A stretch of 64,000 nucleotides of DNA from an uncultured Nitrospinota bacterium. GTDB lineage: Bacteria > Tectomicrobia > Entotheonellia > J063 > CAVPRW01. The stretch spans positions 32,001 through 96,000 of the forward strand of contig CAVPRW010000013.1 in assembly GCA_963707985.1 (NCBI GenBank). The letters are read 5' to 3'. The notes under the pieces are model-generated. The model was not told where the DNA came from and made no database searches. It saw only the letters and a list, made by a program, of their open reading frames with translations. Of this stretch, positions 51,174 through 61,974 are shown one piece after another (position 1 is the first letter of the stretch; every line of letters starts with the position of its first letter). The translations under genes and the position numbers were made by a program.

Positions 51174-52268
51174 CTATTCCCGTGCGCTCACCTGCGCGCT
51201 AGTCACCTCTTCCTGCCCACGGAACCCCTGTATGTCGCACTTCAGATCCTGGAGTACGGCGGCGAGGTGAATGGGACTCATCCACGGTTTCATGACGCGG
51301 TACCGCATCGCACCACCATCCTTGAGGCCGTCGAACACAATGAGGACCTCATACGCCTTATCGTTCTCCTCCAGCACGGTCACTCCCTCGGCTTTGGCCT
51401 CTCCCTCGGTTGCAATCTTTCCCAGCAACTCGAGCCTCCCAAGCAGTTCGCCTGGACGACGTTGGCCTGGAAGACAATCATGCCCGTCCCAGAAGTAGAG
51501 TTGGTAGGACCCAGGACCATCACCCACCGGTCCTGCCAGGATCAACAACCCATTCCGGGCTGGTGCGAGGTCTCGGATGCCCAGGCCTCCCAAGTTTACG
51601 AACAGCAGGCTCGCGTCGGAGACAGGGTTACCGAACCTGGCGCGCAACACTGGAACGTAATTGTCCCGCAGCACGGGCCCTCGGAACCCGATGTAGAGGC
51701 GACCGTCACGCACCGCGATCCCTTCGATGTCCACGCCGTTCTCCTTGCTGGGCACACGCGTGAACGCTTGGAGCACGGGATCCTGTTCAATCACCGGCAT
51801 GAGACTCGTGACCTCGAGCGCCGACACCTCTCCATGGCCGTCGAGTCGGAACCGGTAGAGCCGCTCGCGGCTCTCGTCGCGCTCAACCACGAGGAGCCGC
51901 TGGCGGTTTTCTTGAGCGGTGCGCTGGTCATCGACCGTCTTGCGCACCCGGGAGTGGGAGCCAACGACATAGACGAGATCCCCTTCGGCAGCGATCCCTT
52001 CGATGTCGATCTCCTTGGCATGTCCGTCTAAAATGACATCTTGCGGCAGGACCGTATACCGATCCCCATCAGGCTTCAGAATCTGCACCGTGTTGCCCTC
52101 GTCCGAACCGACGACGAGATATCCCTTGACAACGGTGATGGCACTCACATTCTTGGCCTTGTGAATGTCCCCCTTGAACTCCACGTGTCCAAGGCGCTCG
52201 ACCTCACCGCTGCGTCCAACTGGGCTGAGCACGAGTACCAAAGCGAAGGATAGCAGAAGTACGTTCAT
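51174..52268 (-). CDS. DUF3616-domain beta-propeller protein, probably secreted
   Basis: Signal-like N-terminus; EIDIEGIA, VVGSHS, PSKENGVDIEG, GFRGPV, LGGLGIRDL and KAEGV. Confidence 0.8.
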   Translation of the reverse strand: MNVLLLSFALVLVLSPVGRSGEVERLGHVEFKGDIHKAKNVSAITVVKGYLVVGSDEGNTVQILKPDGDRYTVLPQDVILDGHAKEIDIEGIAAEGDLVYVVGSHSRVRKTVDDQRTAQENRQRLLVVERDESRERLYRFRLDGHGEVSALEVTSLMPVIEQDPVLQAFTRVPSKENGVDIEGIAVRDGRLYIGFRGPVLRDNYVPVLRARFGNPVSDASLLFVNLGGLGIRDLAPARNGLLILAGPVGDGPGSYQLYFWDGHDCLPGQRRPGELLGRLELLGKIATEGEAKAEGVTVLEENDKAYEVLIVFDGLKDGGAMRYRVMKPWMSPIHLAAVLQDLKCDIQGFRGQEEVTSAQVSARE

Positions 52269-53432
52269 CGATTTCTCCCGGGGAACAACTATCAGTGTTA
52301 GCCACACTCTGACTATTTCGAAGGACGCATCATGCCATGATCTCCAGCCCTCGCCAGCTACGGCAGGGGCCGTGATTCCAGCACCTGAATCTTGAGCGTT
52401 AGTTCACGATTCTCAATCACCTTCTTCCGTGTCACTGCAGCCGTTTGGCCTGAGAGTGTGGGCAAGAGTGATGCCGTGAGAAGGCAATGCTGCGGAATGA
52501 ATGATGATCCAGGTGCAGGTCAGTAAGAGCACGACAGCCTTATAGCAATGCTGGTGGTTAGGGTTAACCATATAGGCCAAGATCCTTCAGACTTGCTGAC
52601 GGCCATGGCATGCCGCGCAAGCAGGTCAGGGGTCTGTGCAGTCCTGCACGACGATGCGCAGATCCACATGGTGAAGGGAGGACCGCCCCATGTCACCAAG
52701 GGCGGTAGGGGTCAAAGCGCGGCGACTGACACAGAAGTGCAGCCCAGGGGCGAGGCTGAAGAGCCTCCTCATCCCGTGCCCGATTGGCACCAGACCGATG
52801 GTCAGGGATCGAACGTCCATTGATCCGCTCGAAGAAGCCACTCGAAGCGGGTTTTCCGATCGAGCAGGCCCGAGATCCTGAACCCGTAGCAGACTTGAAA
52901 GGCGTGAACCGCTGCCTATGCCTGGGTGGTATACAGGCCATCGACGGGTCTTGGGTCATACCCGAAGTCTCGCGCATGAGCCTCGGCGATGGAGATCTCG
53001 CTGGCATTCAGTATCCAGTCCAGCATGGGACGTTCAGCCCCCGAGAAGTCCCTGCTCAGGACAGGGGTGACCGGGGGACAGTCCCCCTTCCTGTGACCAG
53101 CCGTCGTGTCGCGCTCGCCTGCAAGTGCCGAGACTGCGGGACCGACGCCTAGCGAGTCCCTCCTGGTCAGGCCCTTGTGACGCCGGTGGGTCCATTCGGC
53201 AGCATTACGCCGGGTCATGTCGCTGAGCACGTTTCGCATGTGCGCCTCCACGCGGCAGCAGGACGGACGGCGGTGCAACTAGGGGACACGACGATGGACA
53301 GAAAGGCCGCGTACCTGCGTCTCCATGGATCGTGGTAGCAATTCCCCTGCAGCGGCGTGATACTATGCACCTATTAAAGTCCGGCGGTGGCCCTCTGCCG
53401 TCCAGGCCGGCGACCGGCTCAGGAGTATCGCC

Positions 53433-53903
53433 ATGCACATCTGGGTAGATGCCGACGCGTGTCCCCACGCCATCAAAGACCTACTGTATCGTGCGGCTAA
53501 CCGGTTGCAAATCGCCTTGACGCTGGTGGCCAATCAACCACTGCGCGCCCCCACGTCGCCGTATGTTCACGTACTCCGCGTTCCCGCGGGATTCGATGTG
53601 GCCGACCACACGATCGTCCAGCACGTCCGTGCGGGCGACCTAGTCGTGACCGCAGACATCCCGCTGGCCGCCCAGGTGGTGGCCAAAGGCGCCCACGCGC
53701 TGAATCCCCGAGGGCAGGCATATACCCCGGAGAATATCCACGAACACCTGACAATGCGCCATGTCATGGATGAGCTGCGCCAGAGCGGTGTGGAGACGGG
53801 TGGTCCGTCCCCCTTCCGCCCGCGGGACCGTCAAGCGTTTGCGAATCAATTGGATCGGTTATTGACACAAGCCGGTAACACAGGAGCGGACGCCACAGGG
53901 TGA
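53433..53903 (+). CDS. YaiI/YqxD (UPF0178) family protein
   Basis: [30 protein letters not shown] and DR..FAN.LDR. Confidence 0.93.
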   Translation: MHIWVDADACPHAIKDLLYRAANRLQIALTLVANQPLRAPTSPYVHVLRVPAGFDVADHTIVQHVRAGDLVVTADIPLAAQVVAKGAHALNPRGQAYTPENIHEHLTMRHVMDELRQSGVETGGPSPFRPRDRQAFANQLDRLLTQAGNTGADATG

Positions 53904-53985
53904 GCGCCGAACGCACGGCGCACCGCTGCCGAAGATCAGACCGTGGCGGGGGAGGCGCTGGCGGTGTCCAGACACCGCCAGCGCG

Positions 53986-55038
53986 CTAATCCTTGAAGAG
54001 GGGCATCACTTTTGCGGCAAATAGCTCCAGAGAGTCCAGCACCTTACGGTTTTCGATGCCGCCATAGTTGATGAAGAAGATGAGGTTCTCGATCCCAGAC
54101 TGGCGCAACCCGTCGATGCGCTCGGCCACAGACTCCGGAGTCCCGAAAATGGCCACATTCTCCCACATGGCATCATAGTTGGCATATACGCCCCGGGCAT
54201 ACCGTCGCCGGTACTCTTTAAAATCTTCGGGCAAGAGCTCCACCCGATGGTCTGGCGGTGAGCCCACCTCCTGCCCCGTGCGCTTGAACCACATGAAGGG
54301 AGCTTCGGTATCTCTGCGCGCTTGTTCCTGGCTGCGGGCGGTATACATGGCGCGGGCGGCGATGACACGTTGTGGGCCGTAGGTGAACCCGGCCTTCTCC
54401 ACGGCGGTGCGGAAATACTCTGCCTGGGCCCCGACCTGCTGAAAACTCTCTCCCTGGCCGATCAGCAAATTCCAGTTGTGGTGCGCCACGCGGTCGATGC
54501 TGGTTGGATTGGAGGCAGCCACCCAGATCGGGGGATGCGGGCTTTGGACCGGCTTGGGGTGGAGGGTCATGTCATTGAAGCTCCAGAACTCCCCGCGATG
54601 GTCAAAGGGCTCGGTCGACGTCCAGGCCCTGACTATCACATCCATGGCTTCTTCAAAACGGCGGGTGGCCTCGTCCATGGGGATGTTGAATTTGTGAAAC
54701 TCACCCCACTGATAGCCGCGCCCCACCCCTAGATCCAGGCGGCCCTCGCTGAGCAAATCCACCGTCGCCGCTTCTTCCGCGAGCTGAATCGGGTTATGGA
54801 ACGGCAAGACAGCCACCGCGGTGGCTAGCCGAATCGATGTCGTCAACCCGGCGAGGTAGGCCAGAACAGTCATGGATGCCGGCACGATGCCGTGGCGCGA
54901 GAAGTGGTGCTCGGTGAACCATACCGAATGAAAGCCGAGCTGCTCGGCCCACCGCACCTGCTCCAGAGCTTCCTGGTAATATTTCGCCTGCGTTCCCGGC
55001 TCGGGCAACTGCACGGATTGGAAGATGCCAAATTTCAT
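53986..55038 (-). CDS. LLM-class flavin-dependent oxidoreductase
   Basis: MKFGIF, AEQLGFHSVWFTEHHF, AEEAATVDLLSEGRLDLGVGRGY and PKPVQSPHPPIW. Confidence 0.93.
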   Translation of the reverse strand: MKFGIFQSVQLPEPGTQAKYYQEALEQVRWAEQLGFHSVWFTEHHFSRHGIVPASMTVLAYLAGLTTSIRLATAVAVLPFHNPIQLAEEAATVDLLSEGRLDLGVGRGYQWGEFHKFNIPMDEATRRFEEAMDVIVRAWTSTEPFDHRGEFWSFNDMTLHPKPVQSPHPPIWVAASNPTSIDRVAHHNWNLLIGQGESFQQVGAQAEYFRTAVEKAGFTYGPQRVIAARAMYTARSQEQARRDTEAPFMWFKRTGQEVGSPPDHRVELLPEDFKEYRRRYARGVYANYDAMWENVAIFGTPESVAERIDGLRQSGIENLIFFINYGGIENRKVLDSLELFAAKVMPLFKD

Positions 55039-55306
55039 GTCTGCCTCCTGGGGGTTAGAGCATGTCCAGAACTTGCGTAACATAAACCAAGGCCGCGGAG
55101 TTTGCAAATGCCCAACAGACAACAGCCATTTCTATGCGTTGTAGTCACTTGCATACGAGCCAATTGCCCAGAGGGGCTTGCTCGGTATATTCTTAGGCCT
55201 GGATACGCTAATTTTCCCCAGGCCACCAGGCAGCTGGGGTAGAGCGCATTTCTGGCACACTTCGCGAGTCTCTGCAGACCCAGGACTTCGTGTTAGGAGC
55301 TCTTGC

Positions 55307-56152
55307 ATGACAGACATATGCATCACCTTCCTTGGGACAGGAGCTGGCAATTGCATCCACCGGGCACACACGGCCATTGTCGTGGATTGCGCCGATGGCA
55401 CCCGAGTGCTGATCGATACCGGCTCTGGCAACAGCGTCCTCCGTCATGGCGCCAAGCTCAATATGCTCGCCGAAGATTTCGAAGTGCTGCTCCTCACGCA
55501 CCGACATCTGGACCACATGGGGGGACTTCCCTTCCTACAGGGGCAGCGCACGCTGGTCAACCCAGAGGCTCCTCCTCTCAAGGTGTACAGCAGCGAAGAA
55601 TCTTTGGTCCACGCCGGGCGGCTTATCCACGTGTCTCGACCTGCTTTACGCCTAGATCAAGACGTTGTCTATACCCCAGAGGGCCAGGCGGTCTTCCGGT
55701 GGTATCCAACCCAGGAAGGTGAGCGCCTGCAGTTGGGGCCGAGCACCTACGCCTGTTCATTCGCGGTCGACCATCTCCCAGGAGCGGTGGGGTGGCGCAT
55801 CGAGTCCAATGGTGTCGCGATCGTCTTTTCGGGAGACACCAAATTCAGTCCCAGCCTGCCGGAGTGGGCCAAGGGCGCCCGCCTGCTGATTCATGAAGCG
55901 TTGAGTACCGAAACGGAACGCGAGCGCACCTACCGGCGGGGGCATTCCACTGCGGCGGATGCTGGTCGCGCCGCAGCCCTGGCCGGCGTCTCCGAGCTGA
56001 TCCTCACACACATCGATTCACCCTTCCACTTCGATACCAGCCCTCTGCTGGACGAAGCCAGGCAGCATTTCGATGGGCCGGTGAGTGTGGCCGATGACCT
56101 GCATCAGGTGATCATCGGGGTCAAAGTCTCCGGGATGTTGTCTGATCGATAG
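55307..56152 (+). CDS. MBL-fold metallo-hydrolase, RNase Z-like
   Basis: ITFLGTG, LIDTG, THRHLDHMGG (HxHxDH), FSGDT, LIHEA, GHSTA and LILTH. Confidence 0.9.
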   Translation: MTDICITFLGTGAGNCIHRAHTAIVVDCADGTRVLIDTGSGNSVLRHGAKLNMLAEDFEVLLLTHRHLDHMGGLPFLQGQRTLVNPEAPPLKVYSSEESLVHAGRLIHVSRPALRLDQDVVYTPEGQAVFRWYPTQEGERLQLGPSTYACSFAVDHLPGAVGWRIESNGVAIVFSGDTKFSPSLPEWAKGARLLIHEALSTETERERTYRRGHSTAADAGRAAALAGVSELILTHIDSPFHFDTSPLLDEARQHFDGPVSVADDLHQVIIGVKVSGMLSDR

Positions 56153-56355
56153 CTCGACGTTGGCCTCGAGCCTGAGTGCCACTGGCTCTCCTACAGTCCG
56201 GGAGCTCTCTGCTCTGGCTGCTGCCGTGCGGGAGAATAGCGCTGATCACCTCGACCGCGGACAGTATTCCGTAGAAGCCTTTTGTAGTATAGTGGGTCCC
56301 GCGTAACCGAGGAGTGCGCGCGAAGATCATTTCTTCCTGACAGAGGGGATAAGAG

Positions 56356-57171
56356 ATGGCAATCGTGGAAACCGAGCGCCAGGACCAAGTCATGGTGATC
56401 CGCATGAACCGGCCAGAGCGTCTCAACGCCCTTGGCCAGGAGCTCCGTAACCTGTTGGCGGAGGCGTGGTGCGAGTTTCGAGACAGCGATCAGCTTGAGG
56501 TGGCGGTGTTCACCGGCACCGGCCGGGCCTTCTGCGCCGGCGAGGATATGAAGGAGTCGCTCGAGCGTGGCGCACCAGGCAGGGGGCAACAACGAGCCGC
56601 CGATCCTTTCATGGATGGAACGCTGATGAAGCCGGTGATCGCCGCCATCAATGGGTATGCCATGGGGGGTGGGTTTGCGCTGGTCGAGCGCACCGATTTG
56701 CGGGTCGCCGTCCGCGGTGCCATTTTTGAGGTCTCCGAGGCCAAACGCTGGCTCCTTGGTGGCTACCAGCACGGGTTCTTCGCCGGACTCCCACACCCTA
56801 TCGCCACCGAGATGGCGCTGGGGTTTCGCTTTACGGCCGAACGCCTGTACGAGGTTGGATTCCTGAACCGCCTCGTGGACTCCGACCAGCTGTTGCCCAC
56901 GGCCATCGAGATGGCCCAGCATATGCTGACGTTGCCGCCAGCGTCGCGTGTCAACACGGTCTACATGATGCGGCAGATGCGGGCACGTATTGCACCAAAT
57001 CTCCAGCGCCTCGCGGCCAAGCTTCACGAGCATGGGGACAAGGAAGATCTGATGGAATCGCGTCGAGCCTTCGCCGAGAAACGCCAGCCCAACTTCAAGG
57101 GCTGGAAGGATCCGGCCGATCGCCATCGGCTGCCGACGCTTGATGAGCCTGAGGTGAGCGCCACCGAGTAA
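56356..57171 (+). CDS. Enoyl-CoA hydratase/isomerase family protein
   Basis: MNRPERLNAL, TGTGRAFCAGEDM, KPVIAAINGYAMGGG and AFAEKRQPNFKG. Confidence 0.93.
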   Translation: MAIVETERQDQVMVIRMNRPERLNALGQELRNLLAEAWCEFRDSDQLEVAVFTGTGRAFCAGEDMKESLERGAPGRGQQRAADPFMDGTLMKPVIAAINGYAMGGGFALVERTDLRVAVRGAIFEVSEAKRWLLGGYQHGFFAGLPHPIATEMALGFRFTAERLYEVGFLNRLVDSDQLLPTAIEMAQHMLTLPPASRVNTVYMMRQMRARIAPNLQRLAAKLHEHGDKEDLMESRRAFAEKRQPNFKGWKDPADRHRLPTLDEPEVSATE

Positions 57172-57293
57172 CGATCCGGCGTGCCATGTGAAGTGCTATG
57201 GTGACACGGCAGATCGAGCGATCCTGCCTCATCACGGCGCATGGCCTGTTGTCTGCTCTCATCGATATAAGGCGAGAGTACACGGAGGCAATC

Positions 57294-58145
57294 ATGAACA
57301 TAGGTATGAATACGAGAGTCTCGAGCCGATCGCTGGACGTCGCGATCGTGGCTCAGAAAGCCGAGGCCCTGGGATTTGAGTCCCTGTGGCTGCCGGAACA
57401 TGGAGCGATGCCAGTGCATGTGACGACTCGATACCAGGGCAGCCCGGATGGCAGCATTCCCCCGTCCATGAGTGACATCGGTGACCCCTTCATCGGTCTG
57501 GCGCGGGCTTCTGCCGTGACCACGAGGCTCAAGTTGGGGACCGGGATCTGCCTGGTCCCGGAGCACCATCCGCTGCTGCTGGCTAAAGAGATCGCTACCC
57601 TGGACCACCTTTCCAACGGCAGGTTTCTATTCGGCATTGGCGCCGGGTGGTTACGCGAAGAGACGGAAATCATGGGGGGTAACTTTCCGCATCGATGGGG
57701 TCAAACCAGGGAAGCAGTGCAAGTGATGAAGGAGATCTGGACTAAAGAGGAGGCGGAGTTTCATGGGAAATTCTATGATTTTCCGCCGGTTCGTTCTGCC
57801 CCCAAGCCGTCTCGAAAGCCCCACCCGCCGATCTTCCTGGGCGGATCGGCAAAGAACGTCTTCAAGCGCGTGGTGGCTTGGGGGGATGGCTGGATGCCGA
57901 CACGAGCCACTCCTGAGGACATCAAGAATGCTCGGGCCACTCTGGCCGAACTCGCCGCTAGTGCTGGACGTGATCCCCGCTCGATCGAGATCACAGTATA
58001 CGGTGAGGCCGGCAATCCTGACATGCTGAAGCGCTTCGAAGACGCAGGTGCCGACCGGGTGATCGTCAGGCTCCAGACCACCGAAGGCGAGGCCGCAGTG
58101 GCGGAGCTGGAGCGGATGGCTGAGCAACTATTCTCACGAGTGTGA
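57294..58145 (+). CDS. LLM-class (F420-dependent-like) oxidoreductase
   Basis: AEALGFESLWLPEH, DPFIGLA, LAKEIATLDHLSNGRFLFGIGAGW and WGDGWMP. Confidence 0.92.
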   Translation: MNIGMNTRVSSRSLDVAIVAQKAEALGFESLWLPEHGAMPVHVTTRYQGSPDGSIPPSMSDIGDPFIGLARASAVTTRLKLGTGICLVPEHHPLLLAKEIATLDHLSNGRFLFGIGAGWLREETEIMGGNFPHRWGQTREAVQVMKEIWTKEEAEFHGKFYDFPPVRSAPKPSRKPHPPIFLGGSAKNVFKRVVAWGDGWMPTRATPEDIKNARATLAELAASAGRDPRSIEITVYGEAGNPDMLKRFEDAGADRVIVRLQTTEGEAAVAELERMAEQLFSRV

Positions 58146-58196
58146 GGCCTGGACACATGGATGCCGTCCATTCCGCTGTCTGCGGCAGGTTGCTCG

Positions 58197-58231
58197 TCCC
58201 TTCTCGCTTTGGGAGAGGGTTAGGGTGAGGG
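58197..58231. repeat. Degenerate REP-like hairpin, same family as 21719-21754
   Basis: TCCCTTCTCGCTTTGGGAGAGGGTTAGGGTGAGGG, intergenic. Confidence 0.55.
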
Positions 58232-58381
58232 AGTGAGGATGGCATCGCAGAAGTTCCTTTGGATGCCCTGCTACCAATAGATCCTGGGGAGGTTTCGCTT
58301 GACCCGCTGCAGGTTCAGTTTTACACTGCGCTGGACACAGGATCGCTTGATGGCGCGAACCGTCTTGACCAGGAGGGAATT

Positions 58382-59362
58382 ATGCGAGCCGTGGCCTTTA
58401 CGCAGATCGGAGAACCGGAAGTCTTGCACGTGATGGATGTCCCCGATCCCGTGGTCGGACCGGGGCAGGTCCGTATCCGGGTGAGCGTGAGCGGAGTGAA
58501 TTTTCGTGATGTCGGCGTACGTCGGCATGGCAGGAACGAGGGCAGCCGGGTCCCCGAACCAGTCGTGACTGGGATTGAAGCGGCGGGTGTGGTGGAGTCG
58601 CTGGGAGCTGGGGTGACGCATCTCAAAATAGGCCAGCGCGTGGCGACCATCTGTCAGGGCGGAGGCTACGGCGATCTGTTGGTCGTATCGGCGGCGCAGG
58701 CAGTTCCTCTACCGGATAGCATCAGCGACGAAGTAGGCGGCACTTTTCCCATGACCGGCTTTACCGCATGGCATCTGGTGCATACCGCGGCCAAGGTGCA
58801 ACCCGGCGACACGGTTCTGGTGCACGCCGCAGCAGGTGGCGTGGGAACGATGCTGTTACAGCTGGCCAAACGCGCCGGGGCGACGGTCCTAGGGACGGTC
58901 GGCAGCGATGATAAGATCGACACTGCTAAACGCTTTGGGGCCGATCATGTGATCAATTATCAGCGTGAGAATTTTGCCGACGTCGTGCGCACCTTGACCG
59001 CTGGTCGTGGGGTCGATGTCGTCATCGATGGCGTCGGGGCCGCGACCTGTCGGGATGACGTCAAGGCCTTGCACCCGTTCGGCCGATTGGTGAGCTTTGG
59101 ACGCGCCTCAGGGCCTGCGCAGCTCACCGGGGACGACTTACAGCCGAAAAGCCTCCAATGGTCACATTTCGGGGTCTTCACCGCCTATCAGCAACCGGAC
59201 ATCTGGAACCGCGGCGTGGCCAGTCTGGTGCCGTTGATCGCCAGTGGAGGCGTGGATCCCTATATCACCGCATCCTATCCCTGGGACAAGGCTCCTGAGG
59301 CCCATCGCCGCCTGGAGGGTCGACAGACGCAGGGCAAACTGGCGCTGGTGCATGCCAACTAA
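58382..59362 (+). CDS. NADPH:quinone oxidoreductase (MDR superfamily)
   Basis: GVNFRD, GIEAAGVV, VLVHAAAGGVG, GADHVINY, GRGVDVVIDGVG and GKLALV. Confidence 0.93.
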   Translation: MRAVAFTQIGEPEVLHVMDVPDPVVGPGQVRIRVSVSGVNFRDVGVRRHGRNEGSRVPEPVVTGIEAAGVVESLGAGVTHLKIGQRVATICQGGGYGDLLVVSAAQAVPLPDSISDEVGGTFPMTGFTAWHLVHTAAKVQPGDTVLVHAAAGGVGTMLLQLAKRAGATVLGTVGSDDKIDTAKRFGADHVINYQRENFADVVRTLTAGRGVDVVIDGVGAATCRDDVKALHPFGRLVSFGRASGPAQLTGDDLQPKSLQWSHFGVFTAYQQPDIWNRGVASLVPLIASGGVDPYITASYPWDKAPEAHRRLEGRQTQGKLALVHAN

Positions 59363-59471
59363 TCTGTCTACGACCTTGTCGTGGGACACGAGGCAACTGC
59401 TGCAGCGCTGAGAGTGCATGTGCAACATCATGAATCCTGCAACGATGATGGCCACGAGGAGGGCATAACAC

Positions 59472-60350
59472 ATGGCTACCGTAGGCACCGGCAAGTACAC
59501 CTATACCCTGGTTCAGGACTGGGCCAAGCTACCCGCAGGTGAGACCTTCGCCATGGTCAGCGCGGTCGCCACCGACGCGCAGGATCGGGTCTACGCCTTC
59601 CAGCGCAAGGACCCGCCGATCGTCGTCTTTGACCGGGAGGGAAACCTCCTGAGCAGCTGGGGCAACGGCGCTTTTCTGTTCGCCCACGGCATTTTCATCG
59701 CCGATGACACCGTGTACCTGACCGATCGCGACAGCTCGGTGTGTCTGATGTATACCCTGGACGGCAAGCCCATTCAGATGTTGGGCCGGCACGGGGTGCA
59801 CTCCGATACCGGCTGCGAACGGCCGGGCGATCTGGTGCCTCACGCTGCGGGTCCTTTCAATTACCCCAGCGAACTGGTGCCAGCCCCTTCCGGAGATCTG
59901 TATGTCTCCGACGGCTACCGCAACGCACGTGTGCACCGCTTTACGTGGGACGGCCAGTTGAAAAAATCCTGGGGTGAACCGGGCAAGACAGCCCCAGGCC
60001 ATTTCCACCTACCTCACAGCCTGATCGTCGCGAACGACAAGGTCTACGTCTGCGATCGGGAGAACCACCGGCTGCAAGTGTTTAGCCTGGACGGGGAGTC
60101 TCTGGATATCTGGACCGATATCCAGCGGCCAATGGATATCTCCGTCGACCGTGACGGAGTGTTCTATGTGAGCGAGGGCAATGTGAACGGGTCTTCGGCG
60201 CGTGTCAGTGTGCTGGACGCGGCCGGCAAGGTGCTGGCACGGTTTCCTTGCCGGGGACCGGGCCACGGCAGTTGGGTCGATTCTCATGGAGATATTTATG
60301 TAGGGCTGAGCAATCCGGGCGGGGTCGACAAATTCGTACGCCAGGGATAA
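59472..60350 (+). CDS. NHL-repeat protein (peptidyl-alpha-hydroxyglycine lyase-like)
   Basis: WAKLP, DRVYAF.R, HGIFI, LYVSDGYRNARVHRF, FHLPHS and YVCDRENHRLQVF. Confidence 0.9.
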   Translation: MATVGTGKYTYTLVQDWAKLPAGETFAMVSAVATDAQDRVYAFQRKDPPIVVFDREGNLLSSWGNGAFLFAHGIFIADDTVYLTDRDSSVCLMYTLDGKPIQMLGRHGVHSDTGCERPGDLVPHAAGPFNYPSELVPAPSGDLYVSDGYRNARVHRFTWDGQLKKSWGEPGKTAPGHFHLPHSLIVANDKVYVCDRENHRLQVFSLDGESLDIWTDIQRPMDISVDRDGVFYVSEGNVNGSSARVSVLDAAGKVLARFPCRGPGHGSWVDSHGDIYVGLSNPGGVDKFVRQG

Positions 60351-60408
60351 ATCCGGAAATATCACGGACAACCGAAGAGACAAACCTCTTCAAGCGAGGA
60401 GAAGAGCC

Positions 60409-60783
60409 ATGCACGTCGTCAAAATTAGCGAACTACCAGAAGAACCGATGGGCAGTGCCACACCTATTGCGGGGTGGACCGGAGGAGCCGTCAGCCGGTC
60501 GCGGCAGACCATCATCCCAGATGGGGACTCCGACAACTACCGCTGCAGTGTCGTTAACTTTAAACAAGGGGCCACAACCGGGTGGCATGCCCATACGTGC
60601 GATCAGATCCTCGTCGTCACCGGCGGCAGCGGCATCGTCGCCTCAGAGCATGAGGAACGCGAGATCAACGTGGGCGACGTGGTCCACATCAAGGCTGGCG
60701 AGCGTCACTGGCACGGCGCCAAAGCCAATACGACATTGTCGCATATTACCATTACGACGGCAGATGCTGAGAGCCGCCGGTAG
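60409..60783 (+). CDS. Cupin-domain protein
   Basis: WHAHTCDQILVVTGGSG...GDVVHIKAGERHWHGA. Confidence 0.92.
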   Translation: MHVVKISELPEEPMGSATPIAGWTGGAVSRSRQTIIPDGDSDNYRCSVVNFKQGATTGWHAHTCDQILVVTGGSGIVASEHEEREINVGDVVHIKAGERHWHGAKANTTLSHITITTADAESRR

Positions 60784-60905
60784 CCATTCTGAGCCCGGCT
60801 AACAGGGGAGTGGACGCTCGCTCTCCGGACGTCCACGCCCCTACGCAATGGCACATCAATGCTTGTCCACCCGCGGCATGGCTGCCATCTTGGATCGCAG
60901 GGTGG

Positions 60906-61538
60906 TTAGTCGTGGCGGAAGCCCTTGCCGGATCGGTCGACAGGATCGGGACCTTGCACGCCGGCATAGCGGAACCTGAGGTCGTCCCAAAGATCGAGTC
61001 GCGACCAGTCAGGTGGATTGAGAACCTTCTTGCCGTCATCGGACAGGAACGGGTTTGGGAAGACGATGGTCGCCTGCTGCTCGCCATGGCCGTTCCAAAG
61101 GCGCAGCCCCCATGAGCTCGGTGTCCCATCCAGCGACAGGCGGCGGAAGAACTCAGCCTGCGCACAGCGCCGATGCTGGGCGAGCTCTGGTGGGGTGGGA
61201 TTGTGACGCGCCCCGCGTGTTGGACCGATGCAGAGGTGGAAGTGTGGAGCGCCGAAGGCGACGGTTAGATAGCCATCGAGTACCCCGACATGCGTCGGTG
61301 CGTGCGGCGCCTGAAACTCCCAGGCAGCACCCTGAATGATCGGTCCGAAGACGATCTTATTCCAATGTGACTCGAACAGTTCCCGCAGCAACCGTTCGAG
61401 CGTCGACTCGTCAGTCGGCAGCGGGAAAATCTCGACAATATGCCCGTCATCGTCCGTTACACGTGTAGGAACAACAGGGGTATCTGACACTGTTGCGGCG
61501 GTTTCTACTGGCATCTGCGACCCACCATCCGTAGCCAT
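60906..61538 (-). CDS. Conserved hypothetical protein (possible HemS/ChuX-like fold)
   Basis: AGGAGG upstream; FGPIIQGAAWE, DGYLTV, HFHLCIG, SWGLRLWNGHGEQQATIVFPNPFL. Start position uncertain. Confidence 0.65.
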   Translation of the reverse strand: MATDGGSQMPVETAATVSDTPVVPTRVTDDDGHIVEIFPLPTDESTLERLLRELFESHWNKIVFGPIIQGAAWEFQAPHAPTHVGVLDGYLTVAFGAPHFHLCIGPTRGARHNPTPPELAQHRRCAQAEFFRRLSLDGTPSSWGLRLWNGHGEQQATIVFPNPFLSDDGKKVLNPPDWSRLDLWDDLRFRYAGVQGPDPVDRSGKGFRHD

Positions 61539-61946
61539 CACTCTATGCCCTCCCTTCATCTCGCCCTCATTGCCTGCTGTGCCATTTCTCGGATTGACGC
61601 AGCTATAGTACGCCGTAATTGCATGAGGGGCAACTCTCTTGACGACCGGGGGTGTGCGTGACTCGTGCCGAAGCCACCGACTCATAACCATCGCCTTCTG
61701 ATACCCACGACTCTCCCTTGATAGCTTGACCCTCAAGCACAGGGGTGTCACCATCATAGTCCCAGTTGCCCAATCGATGCATAGCGGGGAGCGCCAGCGC
61801 ATCGACTCGACGCAGATTCTGGGCCGGTCATATCACTGCCCAAAATATCAACCGCATAGATTGACAAAGGTGACGAGCTCTAGGCCAAGAGGCTCTAGGC
61901 CAGTAGTTGGACAAATACCTGTCAATTTCATTGCAGCATTTTGAGG

Positions 61947-61974
61947 TTGACATGCACCAGCGACCTGCTACAGT
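61947..61974 (+). promoter_or_regulatory. Putative sigma70 promoter
   Basis: TTGACA-16 bp-TACAGT with TG extension, in the long intergenic region before the cyclase. Confidence 0.35.
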
